NCBI RefSeq assembly: GCF_009834535.1
Contig: NC_045720.1
Location: 3,596,001-3,660,000, forward strand
From: Camelus ferus
Taxonomy: Eukaryota
Reading direction: 5' to 3'
DNA length: 64,000 bases
A program made the position numbers and the translations under genes. The notes under the pieces were generated by a model that did no database searches, had not been told where the DNA came from, and saw only the letters and a list, made by a program, of their open reading frames with translations. Positions 47,330-59,759 of the stretch are shown here, piece after piece. Numbering within the stretch: position 1 is the first letter of the stretch; the number at the start of each line of letters is the position of its first letter.

Positions 47330-47790
47330 CATCCGACTGACAGAAATTAATAGGATTTGTAAAATTCATGGCTGGCAAAGGATTAGAGAAAAAGGACTTT
47401 CCACAGATTGCTGATGGGATTATAAATTACTAGGGTCATTTCAGAAAGTAATCTGTTCTTTTACAATTAAAAATACATCTAACTTTTGACCCAGTAATCC
47501 ACTTTGGGGAATATATACTACAGAATTAAAATTAATAGCCTGTAAGAATAAATGTATAATGGTATCTTTGTAGAATTGGGGAGTGGGCAGGGGAAAAAAA
47601 ACCTAGAAAAATGCAATTCCAGTATACTTATTACACTGCAACTTACTTATTTCTTTTGGTGGAAAGTAGCTGCAAATATGTAAAAGAAAAAATGTGCATT
47701 GCAGTATATTAATGATAGATACCTGTATGATTATATGAGTGCAGAGAAAAGTCTGGAAGGTACATACACAGTTGTTAGAACTGAGCACCT
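47330..47790 (+). mobile_element. L1ME3/4-like 3' relic
   Basis: ttgctgatgggattataaatt...taacttttgacccagtaatccactttggggaatat...gaaaagtctggaaggtacatacac. Confidence 0.6.
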
Positions 47791-48909
47791 GAAAGCAGTG
47801 CTGTTGGGTTTGCCGTAACGAGTCTGCTCTCCCAGGGGCTAGACGGTGAGTAAATCTAGCATGGATACTGATTCCAGGAATCTCTAGAATATGGTGTGAT
47901 GAATGGGATGTAATTCCTTGAAGAAAGATGTGTTTCAAATCCTAAATCAGTTACCAAGATACGCTTGCCTCCTCTGGTGGGAATATCCATCATTAGTTTG
48001 TCACCTTGAAAATCCCTGTTCATCCTTGGAGCCCCAGCTTAACCATCTCTTTCCCGGTGAGCACCTCCTGAGCCTTGGTCCAGGAGGAGATTACTTCCTG
48101 TACAGAGGTCTCCCACTGCCTAACGCAGGATTCAGTCACGGCGCTCGCTGCACTGAATTGCAATTCAGTGCCTCGCTCTGAAATGCTTTATTGGACTACG
48201 GACTGTTCAAGGGCAGGAGATGGAATTTCACTCATTCATTTATTCATTCTTTCTTGACACTCATGCCCCCTCCTCCTCCCCAGCCGGGACACATGCCCTG
48301 TAATTAGAGATGAGGGTTTGGGAGCAGCATTCTTCATAGTTATGTAAATTTACATCCTAATGTGGGGTTGGAGAAAGGCAGACACTTTTTTATCATTGCA
48401 AAGTCAAGGCTATATTTGCAAACAATATGAATCTCTTATGTAAGTTTTATGAGATATTTTGGCAAGAAACTAATCCTTCATGGTGCAAGACATATTTTTT
48501 TAAAAAGATACTTGGGGAAAAAAAGTGAAGCCCAAAGTGGGAATTTCCCACCATCTCTTCTCTCCCATTTCCAAGGCCGGGTGTCACTCTCCCCGCCCAG
48601 CAGCAGAAACGGGGTGGAGGAGGGAGCGTCTTCCTCTCGAGTCCCAGAGGCTGTACTGTTGACGTTGGACAGGAGGAGATTTGTGGGGAGGGAGGGAGGG
48701 GTGGTCCTTGGAGAGAATGGAAAGGGGTCAGGGAAAGAAACCCAGAAAGGCTGGTCTGAGGGTTTAAGGTCTTGCAGGGACAGGGAGAAGAGGCAACTGG
48801 ACCAGTGGTCCTGCACCCAGTGTTCTCCCCATCACTGTCAATGGTTTGCTTTAGCTCTGGAGCCTCCTAGGCAAGTTCATAGTTCAGGTGAAGAGTGGAA
48901 AAGACCATA

Positions 48910-49247
48910 CAGTCGTCCCTTGGTATCTCNNNNNNNNNNNNNNNNNNNNNNNNNNNNNNNNNNNNNNNNNNNNNNNNNNNNNNNNNNNNNNNNNNNNNNN
49001 NNNNNNNNNNNNNNNNNNNNNNNNNNNNNNNNNNNNNNNNNNNNNNNNNNNNNNNNNNNNNNNNNNNNNNNNNNNNNNNNNNNNNNNNNNNNNNNNNNNN
49101 TAAATACAATGTAAATGCTCTGTGAATAGTTGCTGGCTTACAGCACGTTCAGGGTTACGGAACTTTCTGGAATTTCTAAAAAATATTTTTGAGCCGTGGC
49201 GGGTTGAAGCCACAGACTCGGAACCCACGGGTTTGGGGAGCTGACTG
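48910..49247. mobile_element. MER2 (TcMar-Tigger) MITE containing an assembly gap
   Basis: TA|cagtcgtcccttggtatc ... gactcggaacccacgggtttggggagctgactg|TG termini; internal taaatacaatgtaaatgctctgtgaatagttg; total span 338 bp, close to the recalled full length. Confidence 0.85.
48930..49100. other. Assembly gap (171 N)
   Basis: Run of N characters. Confidence 1.
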
Positions 49248-51030
49248 TGTTTGGAATAAGGCAGAGGCTATCCACCTGCCCCAAGACTCAAATGGGCTTC
49301 CAAGTCTTGACGGTTGACTATGGGCAGGTGAGTTGCAGACACAGGGAGCAGGTCCCCCCAGGCTAGCCATTCACCTAGGCTCAGATGGAGGCGTGTCCTG
49401 CAGGACACAGATAACAGGTGAGTCACACCGAAACGTTTCCACATTTACTATGTGCCGAAAGGCGTCCAGGTGGTGGGTAAAAGAGACGGCTGCTTAGCGA
49501 GCATTTACTCCACGTCCTCCCTGTTTGCAGGACCTGGTACTAATGGGTGTCCCCTCTCCCCTGCATTCCTGGGTGCTGGCAATGAGATGCTGACCCCGGT
49601 CCCAGCTCCAGGGCAGACGCTGGTTATTCAGGATAAAACCGTGCATTTTTGCCAGGGATTCAGTCAGGAAGAAAAGACTCGGCCAGTCGGTGATGCAGTT
49701 CTTCTGGTCATAGGACTTGTCACCTCACTTGGGACTGTTAGCTCCGAGAGGGTGCTCTGGGAGGTATTGTTGAGAGAGAAGCATCCTGGCTCTTAAGAGG
49801 GATGCCCCAGGGACCAAGAATTGTTCTTTCCTCGGGTTGGAGGTGCAGGGCTGCCGCACCCCTTATACCCTCGTGGATAAAGTGTCACCTGGAGGAGGCC
49901 AGGGGTGGGGGGTCACAGGGGTTCCAAGCCAGAACCCTTCGTGACCCAAGCCTGACCATCAAGGTGCCTCTGGATGTGTTCACTCCTGGGGGCCAGTAAT
50001 TCTCTCTGGAGTCAGGAAGTGTGAAAAGTAATTAGCAGTTAAGGAGGGATGGAGGAGCGCCCTCTTGGGCAAAGCCACAGGGGTGCACCTTGGAGTAGCT
50101 TCAGGGAGGCAGGGGAGAGGGGTGAGACCCCAGAGGTGGGCAGACCTGTGCAGCGAAGGCCTTCAGAGCTTGTTGGAGAAACGACACTGTAGCGAGTGCC
50201 TTTCTCCCTGAGCCTCAGTGTTCTCACCTGCAAATGGGGTCCAGCCCCCCTTCATGCCACAAGCACGTGCATACCGGGGCTGGCCAGGCACACGGCAGAA
50301 CCAGATGAGCCCTGGGGGCGGCCACCTGCACCTGTGCGAGTCGGGCCAGGTGCTTCCAACCCGGGTTCTGGTCCCGGGCAGAAGGGCTACTGAGCAGTTG
50401 CAACATAAGCCGCCCCTAGGGTTTGCCCGGCAGTCAGTGTTTAATAAGAACGTTTTAGGAAAAAAGCCCTGCTTTCTTGTATTTGCTAATTTTCGTGAAG
50501 TAAATACTCCACAGCCGGATTCTAGCTCCTGGCGGGCTGCTGTCACTGAGGGGTGGGAAGAGGTGCTCACAGCTGGCCCTGATGGGCCACTGTTGCTGGC
50601 GCCAGCTCCCCATTGGCTTCTGCAGCCCCAACGCTATTGCTCTTCATGCTCTAAATAGTTTGTCAGGATCCTTTCCCTCTGCTGGCGAAGGTGGGAGAGT
50701 GAGAAGCCAGGCCGGAGATGTGAGCTCATGCAATTTGTCAAGATGATCGATGCTGCCCGGCCAGAGGGCCAGGGCGAAAGATGCTTGCACAGCAGACAGG
50801 GAAGGAAGAGTGATACCTATAACACAGAGCGGGGGCGCGCAATTTACAGAAGGGGATTTATTTTGTCTTCAACAAGAGGGATGGCGAATGCCACTTCACA
50901 GCCAGGACGTTACCGCTCCGTCCTTGCTTTTCCAGCTTGCGCTCCAGGACTCTCGCCCCAGGAGGGCAGCACTACAACCCAGACCTCACTTGTCACCCAG
51001 TGCCATTCTCACCTCTGACCTGTCCCGCAG

Positions 51031-51127
51031 GTGGACACGGTGACCTCTGGCAGCAACCCTATCCCTGGCTGCTGCGTGGGACTGGCCAGGCTCTAATCTC
51101 CTTGGCTCCACCTGCACAATGTGGATG
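51031..51127 (+). other. Candidate downstream exon (possible exon 2; 3' end uncertain)
   Basis: Acceptor tgccattctcacctctgacctgtcccgcag| with branch-point-like CTCAC/CTGAC. The nearest plausible donor, ATG|gtgacg, is only moderate. Confidence 0.25.
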
Positions 51128-53034
51128 GTGACGTCTACCTGACATTTACTCTCTGACACATTTTTTGATACCTTTGTGTTGCTTCTTGGGAAACCCAGTT
51201 GTTGGGAGGAAAACAGCTGGGGGTCTATACAACGTGCCAAGTGCTGGTCTGTGCTCCACACACAGGGGTTCCTTCCTTTTCTTCTTTGCTAAGATTCACT
51301 TTACAAACCAACTTCTCTGCTCCCAAATGCTCATCAGCTTCTTCCTCAGTGCAGAGAAAAGCCCACATTCCTTTACTGACTGGACTCTCACAGCTAAGAT
51401 ATTCGGGAAAAGAATTTCACCAAAACTGAGGCTCTGCTTCCTCGCTGGCCGTGCAGCATCAAGGGGGATTCGAAATCAACTGAAACTGACTGAAGGGCCA
51501 GTTGCAGAACAGCATGTATAGTTTTTTCCTCTTTTGTAAAACTGATTCGTTCCCTTTTTCTCTCTCTGCATCTAAACACCTTCAAATGCCCAGAAAATAT
51601 CTGTAAAGCCGTAGAAGAAAGACTTTGGCATTAACTTCTAGAGAAGGAGATGGGAGACTGGTTCTGTAGTCCAGTCCTTTTCACTCAACGATAGGCATTA
51701 GGCAAATTTACGTGAAGATGAGCCCAGCGCTGTGTCACCAGTCCCCAGGCTGCCCGGCAGCTCACTGCGGGGACTTCATCGTTTGTTTGTACTGCCGTTT
51801 AGGTTACTGCCAGCTTGTCACAGCTGGAGCGCCAGGACGAACGTTCTTGTGCGTACGTCTTTGTCCGAGAAGAGTGTGTTCCTCGGTGCCAGGGAGAAAA
51901 AAAACTTTTTCATATTTACACTGAATACTGTGTTTCTTGAGTAATTTTGAAACCATGAAATGGCCCAGCCACTTACCCATCTTGAGACCCTGAACCAGAA
52001 AACCTCTGAATCTCAGTGCATGTCAGTTTCCTCCTCCTGAAATAGGAGTTTCCAGCCCTGGGGGTTGCATTATGAATGCGAATTGATCAGTTCACAGAGG
52101 GCTCCCCGTAAGCTCACCCTCTGCAGTCAGTCGGTAGCAGCTGCGATTACTGCTCGATGCCAAGGGGACCAGGAAGCAGCAGGCGAGGAGAGCAAGTCCG
52201 GCCCGAGGGCACCCGAGCTCAAAGGCAGGTAGCAGAGGGGTCGAACTCTGCACCTGGAGCAAGAGGGGCACGTGGGCCGGGAAGAGGGCCACAGTGCGGA
52301 TGGTGGTCACTCGCTCCTCCTCTCTCGTGACGAGAATCTCTTCCAACAGAAAGAGGATCTCTGATCATAAGGATCCGGGGATCGTGTCATCGGCAACAAA
52401 GACTGAATCTCCTGTTCACCGAACAGCAAAGCCAGGGCAGCCTGGCCTGCGATGCAGCCAGACCGGCCCTCACGCAGAGGCCTCTCGGTCAGGTCCACAG
52501 GCGAGGGGTCTGGGGTCCTGGGGAGGCTGGGACTGCCAGCCGCGATGGCGAGAGGATGGGACTGACCCCCGGACGTGGGTAGGTCACCTGCTGGGGATGC
52601 CCAGCAATCCCCGATGGAGGGCAGGAGTGGGCAGGGGGCTCAGGGGGTTTGAGATTCTGTAACAGAAGTGACTGTTTCTATTCTCTTACACACGAGAATC
52701 TGGGTAAAGGAACCGACCCTGAGTTTGTCCGGGTGGCTGGACCTGGCGCTGGCTGAAGTTGTGTCAGTCTTTTGGTTCAACTGAGTTGAAAATTGAACTG
52801 CTGAAGAGCTCAGCACCAGTGCCCCCTTTTGTCTCCGCCGACCAGGGCTGCTGTGAGCCTCAGACACGGCGCAAGCCAGACGCCCGGCATGGGGAAGGCG
52901 GCGCGATCATTCTGATCAGTGTCTCCCCACACCCAGCCCTGAGCCTCTCAGCAGGAGGCAGACCCGCCCGTATGAGCTTCCCTCACTCCGCAGGCCTTTG
53001 CCCAACGCCCTCCAAGCGCAGGCACTGCTCTAGG

Positions 53035-53480
53035 CACTGAGTGTACCACCCTTGCTCTCAAGGATTTCACACTCAAGTGGGAGATTTTGATAGTAAAGAA
53101 CATATTTCAAAGAGTGACGACTGCTATTAAGAAAAGACATTCAGGGCAAGGAGATAGGGTGTGACGTGGCTGTTGGTGTAAAAAGGGTGGTCAGGGAGGG
53201 AGGTGAGTTCTGAGCAGAGACTTGAATGCAGTGAGGGTGCAGGCCATCCAAGCAAGAGCAGACTGTGACACCCTGAAGTGGGAGGAGCTTTGGAAGAACA
53301 GCTAGCTGGAGCACACTGAGTGAAAAAACGGCTGGAAATGGGGCCACTGGACACAGCCTAGGAGCTCAAAGGACACAGGAAGGACTTGCGATTTGATTTT
53401 CTGTGTGAAGGAAAGGCTTTCCAGGAAGGGTGAAGCAATTTGATTTATCTTTCTAAATGATTCCTAAATGAGCCCTCTGG
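53035..53480 (-). mobile_element. L2a relic
   Basis: ccttgctctcaaggatttcacactcaagtggg...agggtggtcagggaggg...tgagcagagacttgaatg...gatttgattttctgtgtgaaggaaaggc. Confidence 0.7.
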
Positions 53481-54769
53481 AGGTGGCTGGTGGGAACAGC
53501 CTGTAATGGGGGAGGGGGGAGGGGGCTGACCAGCATCTCCTTGAGTAGATCATCCATTCCAAACACCCCACCCCCACCTCCAGAGGAAATTGAGACACAT
53601 GGACCTTTTTATTCCATTAAGGCGAAGGCCGAAAAGATTACATCTCATCTCCCTGGGGACAATCACTTATTCAATTTGCAGTCACAATTGCTCCTGCTCA
53701 GATACCATCTGAGGACTCAGATGCGTTCATCCTTCTGTGGGGCCTTCCTTGAAACAGTGGCAAGGTTTCTCAAGAGCCAGGCTGGGACAGCTTCACCATG
53801 GCCAGTCCCTGTGTGGTGCCCCCAGGGCCCGGATACGAGTGGGGGCCTGGGGAGATGGAGGTCGCCATTCCATGAGACCAAGGACTCCAGGCAACTGACC
53901 ATTGGCTCCAAACTGGAGGAGTCTGGGTTCCTGGGGCAGAGAGACATTGCAAATCCTACTCCATGTTTTCCTAGACACAGATGGAGCTTCTTAAAAGAGA
54001 AGGGTGCAATTTTGTAGAAAGGAATACGTGGATTCTAACCAAAAGGCTCATCTGTACGTGCAATTTTCTCTACTCTTGAAGTGAAAAGAAAAAGTAGCAG
54101 AGAGGAAGCTGGTGTCAAGCGAAGTACTGAAAGAATGGGTCGTCGAAGGCTTAAAAAGCCTCCATGTAACGTTCATTGCTTAACAACGTAATTATTTTAG
54201 TGGAAGCTCCCATACAAAGATGCCCAGGGAAACTGGCGGCCAGTCAAAGCTGCGCTCGGCAGGGGCATGTCCTCCGGACCGTCTCAGAAAGGGGGGTGTC
54301 GACTCGAGGCAAGAGTGAGCCTCTGAGTGTTTTGGGCACAGACTGACCAGATTTCGTATATTAGGCAAGTTGCTAATCAGTGGTCTTACCCTCGAAATTC
54401 TGAGACCAAACAGAAGGACCGTTCCTCTAGTCTTGTTGGGAAATCTCTGCTTTCACACTTCGTGTTGTAAAGCCGTGATTTGATCCAGTCCCTCTGTGAA
54501 AGAACTGGAGCCTTCCTGTCCAGACAAATTCTGGTTTCCATTCCATTTCTCATTCACTTTAGGGAGACTCATCCAAGTTATTTCTTGATTTTCTGTAAAG
54601 CAGGTGGGAAGGATGATTTTGTCTGACATCTAAGTTACAAATGCATCCTAATATTCTGTTAGCCAAAGGCAACAAATTCCAAGCTTCTATGAAACACTTG
54701 TTGGGTTTGTGACAGTTTTGTTAAATGTTAAATGTACATAGTTTATAATGTTATTATAAACATATATGT

Positions 54770-54822
54770 ATAAGGCATAGATATGCATATATATGTACAT
54801 ACATACATACATATATATATAC
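54770..54822 (+). repeat. (TA)n/(CATA)n microsatellite
   Basis: catatatgtataagg...atatatgtacatacatacatacatatatatatac. Confidence 0.85.
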
Positions 54823-54917
54823 GGCAGGGTTTAAGAGGTTGTCAAATAAATACTCTTGATTCAGTCAGAACTAGCTCATGGGACCCATACATGGAACCTC
54901 TCTCTTAAGCCATGACA

Positions 54918-55475
54918 AGATGCATGCACCGCAATGGTCACAGCAGCACTACTTACAGTAGCCAAGACAGGGAAGCAACCTAAATGTCCGTTGACAGATG
55001 ACTGTATAATGAAGTTGTGGTATATTTATACAATGGAATACTACTCAGCCATAAAAAAGAATGCAATAATGCCATTTGCAGCAACTTGGATGGACCTAGA
55101 GATGATCATACTAAGTGAAGTCAGTCAGATAGAGAAACACAAATATCATATGATATCACTTACATGTGGAATCTTAAAAAATGACACAAAGGAACTTATT
55201 TACAAAATAGAAACAGACTCACAGACATAGAAAACAAACTTATGGGTGGCGGAGGGATAAATTGGGAGCTCAGGATTTGCAGACACGAGCTACCATATAT
55301 AAAACAGATAAACAACAAGGTCCTACTGCAGAGCACAGGGAACTGTATAGAACAGCTTGTAGTAACCCACCATGAAAAAGAATCCAGAAGGAACACACAT
55401 AACTGACTCACTGTGCCGAACACCAGGCACTAACACAGCATTGTAAGTCACCTGTACCTCAACTGAAAGAAAAAG
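54918..55475 (+). mobile_element. Cetartiodactyl-type L1 3' fragment
   Basis: ORF 54934-55230 (AALLTVAKTGKQPKCP...MEYYSAIKKN...ATWMDLEMIILSEVSQ) is the standard L1 ORF2-end/3'UTR frame; tail ggagggataaattgggag...aacaacaaggtcctactg. Confidence 0.93.
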
Positions 55476-57207
55476 ATTTATCCTTTCTGTGTCTTCTTCC
55501 CTTTGAAACCCATCAACTGTCTTAAGTTCATCTTAGAATCTCTTTCTGCCAAGTTGTGAATAGTTAAAAAAGTGAGTTTCTGTTACATCCTGGAGAAGAC
55601 CTAGATTGTAAAAAGGTCTACCTCTCTCCAAGCAACTTTAATGAAAAACCATCTCCACAACACAGAGGGCTTATTCAGCATCGGAGACTGGTCGACGGCA
55701 CTTACATGTTTGTTTTAATCTACGGAACTGGTCCAGGAGCGCGTACGACAAACTAAAACACTGATTCACTTCAGGCGATGGGATGAAGGGTGATGGCTTC
55801 TGTTTTGCTTTTTTCCTCACCGCTTACACTGAATCTGTCTCTTACTCTTTCTCTATCTTTTAAACCGACCTTATTTGCTTAGTTATTAATTTTCTAACCC
55901 ATTTCTTTCTGTACCCCTGTTTTGGAGAGTATGTATTTGAAACCCTCTTGAAAGGCAGAACTTGCCCATTTGGGGCTGTGGGATGTACCACCAGGTGACC
56001 CCCAGGAGGAGGCCTGCCTATGGCTGACATTTCTCTAGGACACTTCCTGCCAGGTGAGACCTCTGGGTCACTTCTCTGGAGAAATAGGCTTGGCGCCTGG
56101 ACGTTACACTGTCTCACGTGTTTGCCGCTGTCACCCTCGGGCTGACCTCGCCCTGAGATGACCAGTGTGCACCTCACGTAAAGTTCACATGGAGCCCACT
56201 CTGTGGAAATGCACCTGTCACTGCTGGCCCCACCAAGCACTTGAATAAGGTGCTGGAAACACCGGTAAGAGCTTTGGGTTGAGTGGATCATTTCAGACAG
56301 TGAAGCATATTTTTGGAGTTGCTACTTTAAGAATGGATAACCGAGACCATGTGCTTCCTCAGCTAAGCATCTTGTAAATTCTCAGGAGGCACAAGTCAGG
56401 TGTCCCAGCCTTTCCCAAAGGTCCAATAAGAACTTTGCAGCACCGCTTGGAGAGGCATGCAAAAAAGGAGGCTTCAGGTTTATTTTCTATGTACTTAGCA
56501 TACTTTGTCTAAATTGAGCCTTTTGCCTAAGCGACTGCCCTAGCTGTGTCTAAGCCAGAGAGCTCCCTTACCCTGTTTCTGTATTGTCTCCACTGCGATT
56601 GACTAGAGTCACTGTGATCATGGGTCAAAGGCACGTGACACTTGCCCTGTCTGTCTTCTTCCCGCTCCTGCTGAGACTTGAGAAGCGACTTTCAGGCTCC
56701 GGGTACAGCAAGCCCCCTGGGATGCTGCTGCCTCACCTGCCTCTCCAGGGCGGAACTTCATCCGGCCACTGTCAAAGCACCTCGGTCAGCCTCAAACCAG
56801 TCTGACCACAGTTTGTTTGTCCTGGAGAGTTTCTCTCCCAGCAGAATTGTAGCGAGTCAGACTTCTGCCTGTTAGAATCACGTGGCTTCATGCTCCGTTG
56901 ATCCATTCTGGTGTAAATGGAAGAGTTGTTTTGAGAAAGTTTTAAACTTCAGGGCTTCCTTTGGTTGACCGGCCTCTAAACGGTGCGCCCGGCCCCAGGG
57001 CAGCAGCGCACAGTGGAATGAACATGAGTCTGGCTTCCAGCTGGAACACGGCCCCTTGCTCACTTGGGGACCTAGCCTCTGCGAACCTCACCTTTTTCAT
57101 CTGCGAAATGGATGTAATAATCTAGTGAGCAGGGGGATTGAACCTTACAACAGAGGGCACATTGTGGTCGTACAGCAGGTGTTATTTTATTTATGATTGA
57201 AAAACCT

Positions 57208-57379
57208 GAAACAAGTTTATACCGTAGAGCACCAGGAACTATATTCAATACCTTATAGTAACCTATAGTGAAAAAGAATATGAAAAGGAATAGATATATG
57301 TATGACTGAAACATTATGCTGTGCACCAGAGATTGACACAACATTGTAAACGACTGTATTTCAATTAAAAAAAAAAAAA
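57208..57379 (+). mobile_element. Camelid-like L1 3' terminal fragment with poly(A)
   Basis: aaacaagtttataccgtagagcaccaggaactatattcaata...gactgaaacattatgctgtgcaccagagattgacacaacattgtaaac...caattaaaaaaaaaaaaaa. Confidence 0.9.
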
Positions 57380-57419
57380 GCCCTGAGAGTCCCATCAACA
57401 AAGGACGGGGGGAGGAGAG

Positions 57420-58335
57420 CAAACAATCATATGAAAAGATGCTCTACATCGTATATCGTCAGGGAATTGCAAATTAGAACAAACTAAAACCACTGCACAG
57501 CTATCAGAATGGCTAAAACCCAAAGCACTGACCACGCCACATGCTGGTGAGGATGTGGAGCAACGGGAACCCACTCACTGCTGGTGGGAACGCAGAAATG
57601 GTGCAGTCACTACGGAAGACAGTTCGGCAGTTTCTTACGAAACTAAACGTACTCTTACCATACGATCCAGAAACGGCGCTGCATGGTATTTACCCAAATG
57701 AGCTGGAAACTTATGTCCACCCAAAAATCTGCACACAGATCTTTACAGCAGCTTTTTATAACTGTCAAAACTCGGAAGCAACTGAGATATCCTTCAGTAG
57801 GTGAAAGGATAAGAAATTGTGACCCACCCAATTACTCGGTGCTAAAACCAAATAGGCTACCACACCGCGAAAAGACACGCAAGAACCTTCAAGGCATGTT
57901 CCCAAGTGAAAGAAGTCAAGCAGAAAAGGCTGCGCACCCTGGCTCCAACTAGCCGAGGTTTTGGAGGATCAAAACTAGGGGAAGAGGAGAACACCGGTGG
58001 TCGTCGGGGGCCCGGGGGACGAGAGGGCGGCTGGGGGCGGCACGGCGGCGTGTTAGGGCCGGGAGCCTGCCCTGGGTGGTGCTGCGCCTGGGGAAACACG
58101 TCGCCACACACCTGTCCAAGCACACAGAGTGTTCAGCTCCGGGAGCGAACCCTGATGTAAACTGCGGCTTTGGGGTGATAATGGCGTGCCGATGTCCCTT
58201 CATCAGTTGTGACAAACGCGCGCCTGGCAGGAGTGTCCGTGGTAGTGTTGTGGGGAGGGGGCCTGCGGGATCTCTTTATACTTTCCCACCAATTCTACTC
58301 AGAACGTAAAACCCTTCCCCCAAAAGCCTATTAAT
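57420..58335 (+). mobile_element. L1MC1/2-like 3' end (ORF2 C-terminus + 3' UTR)
   Basis: ORF 57541-57804 (AGGNAEMVQSLRKTVRQFLTKLNVLLPYDPETALHGIYP) resembles the L1 ORF2 C-terminus; gcgaaccctgatgtaaactgcggctttggggtgataatg is the diagnostic L1MC tail. Confidence 0.88.
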
Positions 58336-58796
58336 TTAAGACAAAAAAATTGAACCTTGCTTGTTTAAGCCACTTATATGTTCAATACTTTTTCAAGAGT
58401 TTAAAGGTTTTAAACTTTACTTTTAAAAAAGAAAGGAAGGGGGGGAAGAAAGAAAAACATTTAAAAGTATCAACTTAACAAATTAAGCCTTATTTAAGTG
58501 GTAAGTGGTATTCGTTTTCAGAAAGCCTGCCAGCGAGGAGGCAAGTCGTCCAGGGCCTGAAGTGAGGACAAAAGTGATGAATGAGTCAGGCTTTAGAGCA
58601 CCAGACAGCCGATGTGAACTTTACAAATACCCTCTGCTCAAATGTCAAATGGAAAATTCACTCATAAAGCTGAGTAAGCGGCTTTTTATGGGGTAGTAAC
58701 GTTTCTCAAATTTTGGAACTAAAACTAAGATGCAAATGTCATTGTTTAATGCTGGTATCAGAAGCTCAAAGTCAAACATTTAAACATCAGAGTCCT

Positions 58797-59092
58797 CAAA
58801 TGAACTTATTTACAAAACAGAAAGAGACTCACAGACGTAGAGAACAAAGTTACGGTTACCAAAGGGGGAAGGGAGGGGTCAACTGGGAGTCTGGGACCAG
58901 CAGATACAAACTTCTACATACTGAATAGATAAACGACAAGGTCCTACTGTAGAGCACAGGGAATTACATTCAATAACTTGTAATAACCTGTAATGAAAAA
59001 ATACATATATACACACACATATATGTATAGCTGAATCACTGTGCTGCACACCAGAAAGTCACACAACATTGCAAATCAACCATATTCGATTT
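58797..59092 (+). mobile_element. Cetartiodactyl-type L1 3' fragment
   Basis: caaatgaacttatttacaaaacagaaagagactcacagac...agcagatacaaact...gctgaatcactgtgctgcacacc; degenerate flanking repeat taaacatcagagtcct (58781-58796) / taaaaatctgtgtcct (59093-59108). Confidence 0.9.
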
Positions 59093-59214
59093 TAAAAATC
59101 TGTGTCCTAACTGACACTATAGCTTCTTATAAAAACTAAGGCTGCGCATTCCGCAACCTGTTTATGAAAGGACTGACCGTGAACAGGATCTGCGGTTAAA
59201 AAAATGGTCAGCTG

Positions 59215-59560
59215 GTGAATAGACAAATTGTGGAATTCACAGAATACAATACAACCTGCAAATAAAAGTGGGTGGAACCACTGACACACCAACTCCTCGG
59301 ATGAATTTCATAACCAGCACGTTGAGCAAAAGAATCCAGTTACAAAAGAATAAGATTCCGATTACATACAACTCGAGGGAAACCAAACCTAACCGATCTG
59401 ACGAAAGGCAATCAGAGGTTGCCCGGGGCTGGAAGAAGCCGGGAGTAACCACACAAGTTACAAGGATCTTGTAACTGTATCTTGATGGTTGCATGGGTGA
59501 GTTTATTTATCAAGACTCTTCAGACTGTACACTAAAACGTACCTCAATAAACTTTATTTT
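59215..59560 (+). mobile_element. L1ME-like 3' relic
   Basis: gaatagacaaattgtgg...ggatgaatttcataac...ttgagcaaaagaatccagttacaaaagaata...ttatcaagactcttcagactgtacactaaaa...cctcaataaa. Confidence 0.7.
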
Positions 59561-59759
59561 AAAATAAGTACAAACCCCTGAGAGTGAGAAATACTCGTAA
59601 TGAGATCGCCCACCCCATTCATCGAGTAGTTACAATCTATCAGGAGTTTGTTCTTATTCTGAGTTTCTTATAACAGTCTCAATTGTATTCAAAATTGGGC
59701 ATCATTTTGAGAGCAGTTTTTCCTCCAGCCTTTGTTCAAAGCTTTCATCAAAGAATTGA

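Noticed and set aside
47836-47851. Possible 10-nt microexon (ctctcccag|GGGCTAGACG|gtgagt)
   Set aside because: Short tract, length not a multiple of three, and located at an L1/L2 relic junction.
48449-49228. ORFs of up to 221 aa near the second gap (similarly 18850-19356)
   Set aside because: Inflated by translation through N runs.
54934-55230. 98-aa ORF that looks well formed
   Set aside because: Standard L1 ORF2-end/3'UTR frame, often mis-annotated as a protein.
30781-55667. 14-mer TCTCCACAACACAG shared by the putative TSS region (30781) and a site near 55654
   Set aside because: A single 14-bp match with no flanking similarity; compatible with chance.
57541-57952. 87-aa and 89-aa ORFs
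   Set aside because: L1MC ORF2 C-terminal relic with frameshifts.
59457-59475. GTTACAAG-GAT-CTTGTAAC hairpin
   Set aside because: An isolated 8-bp stem inside an L1 relic; too short to interpret.
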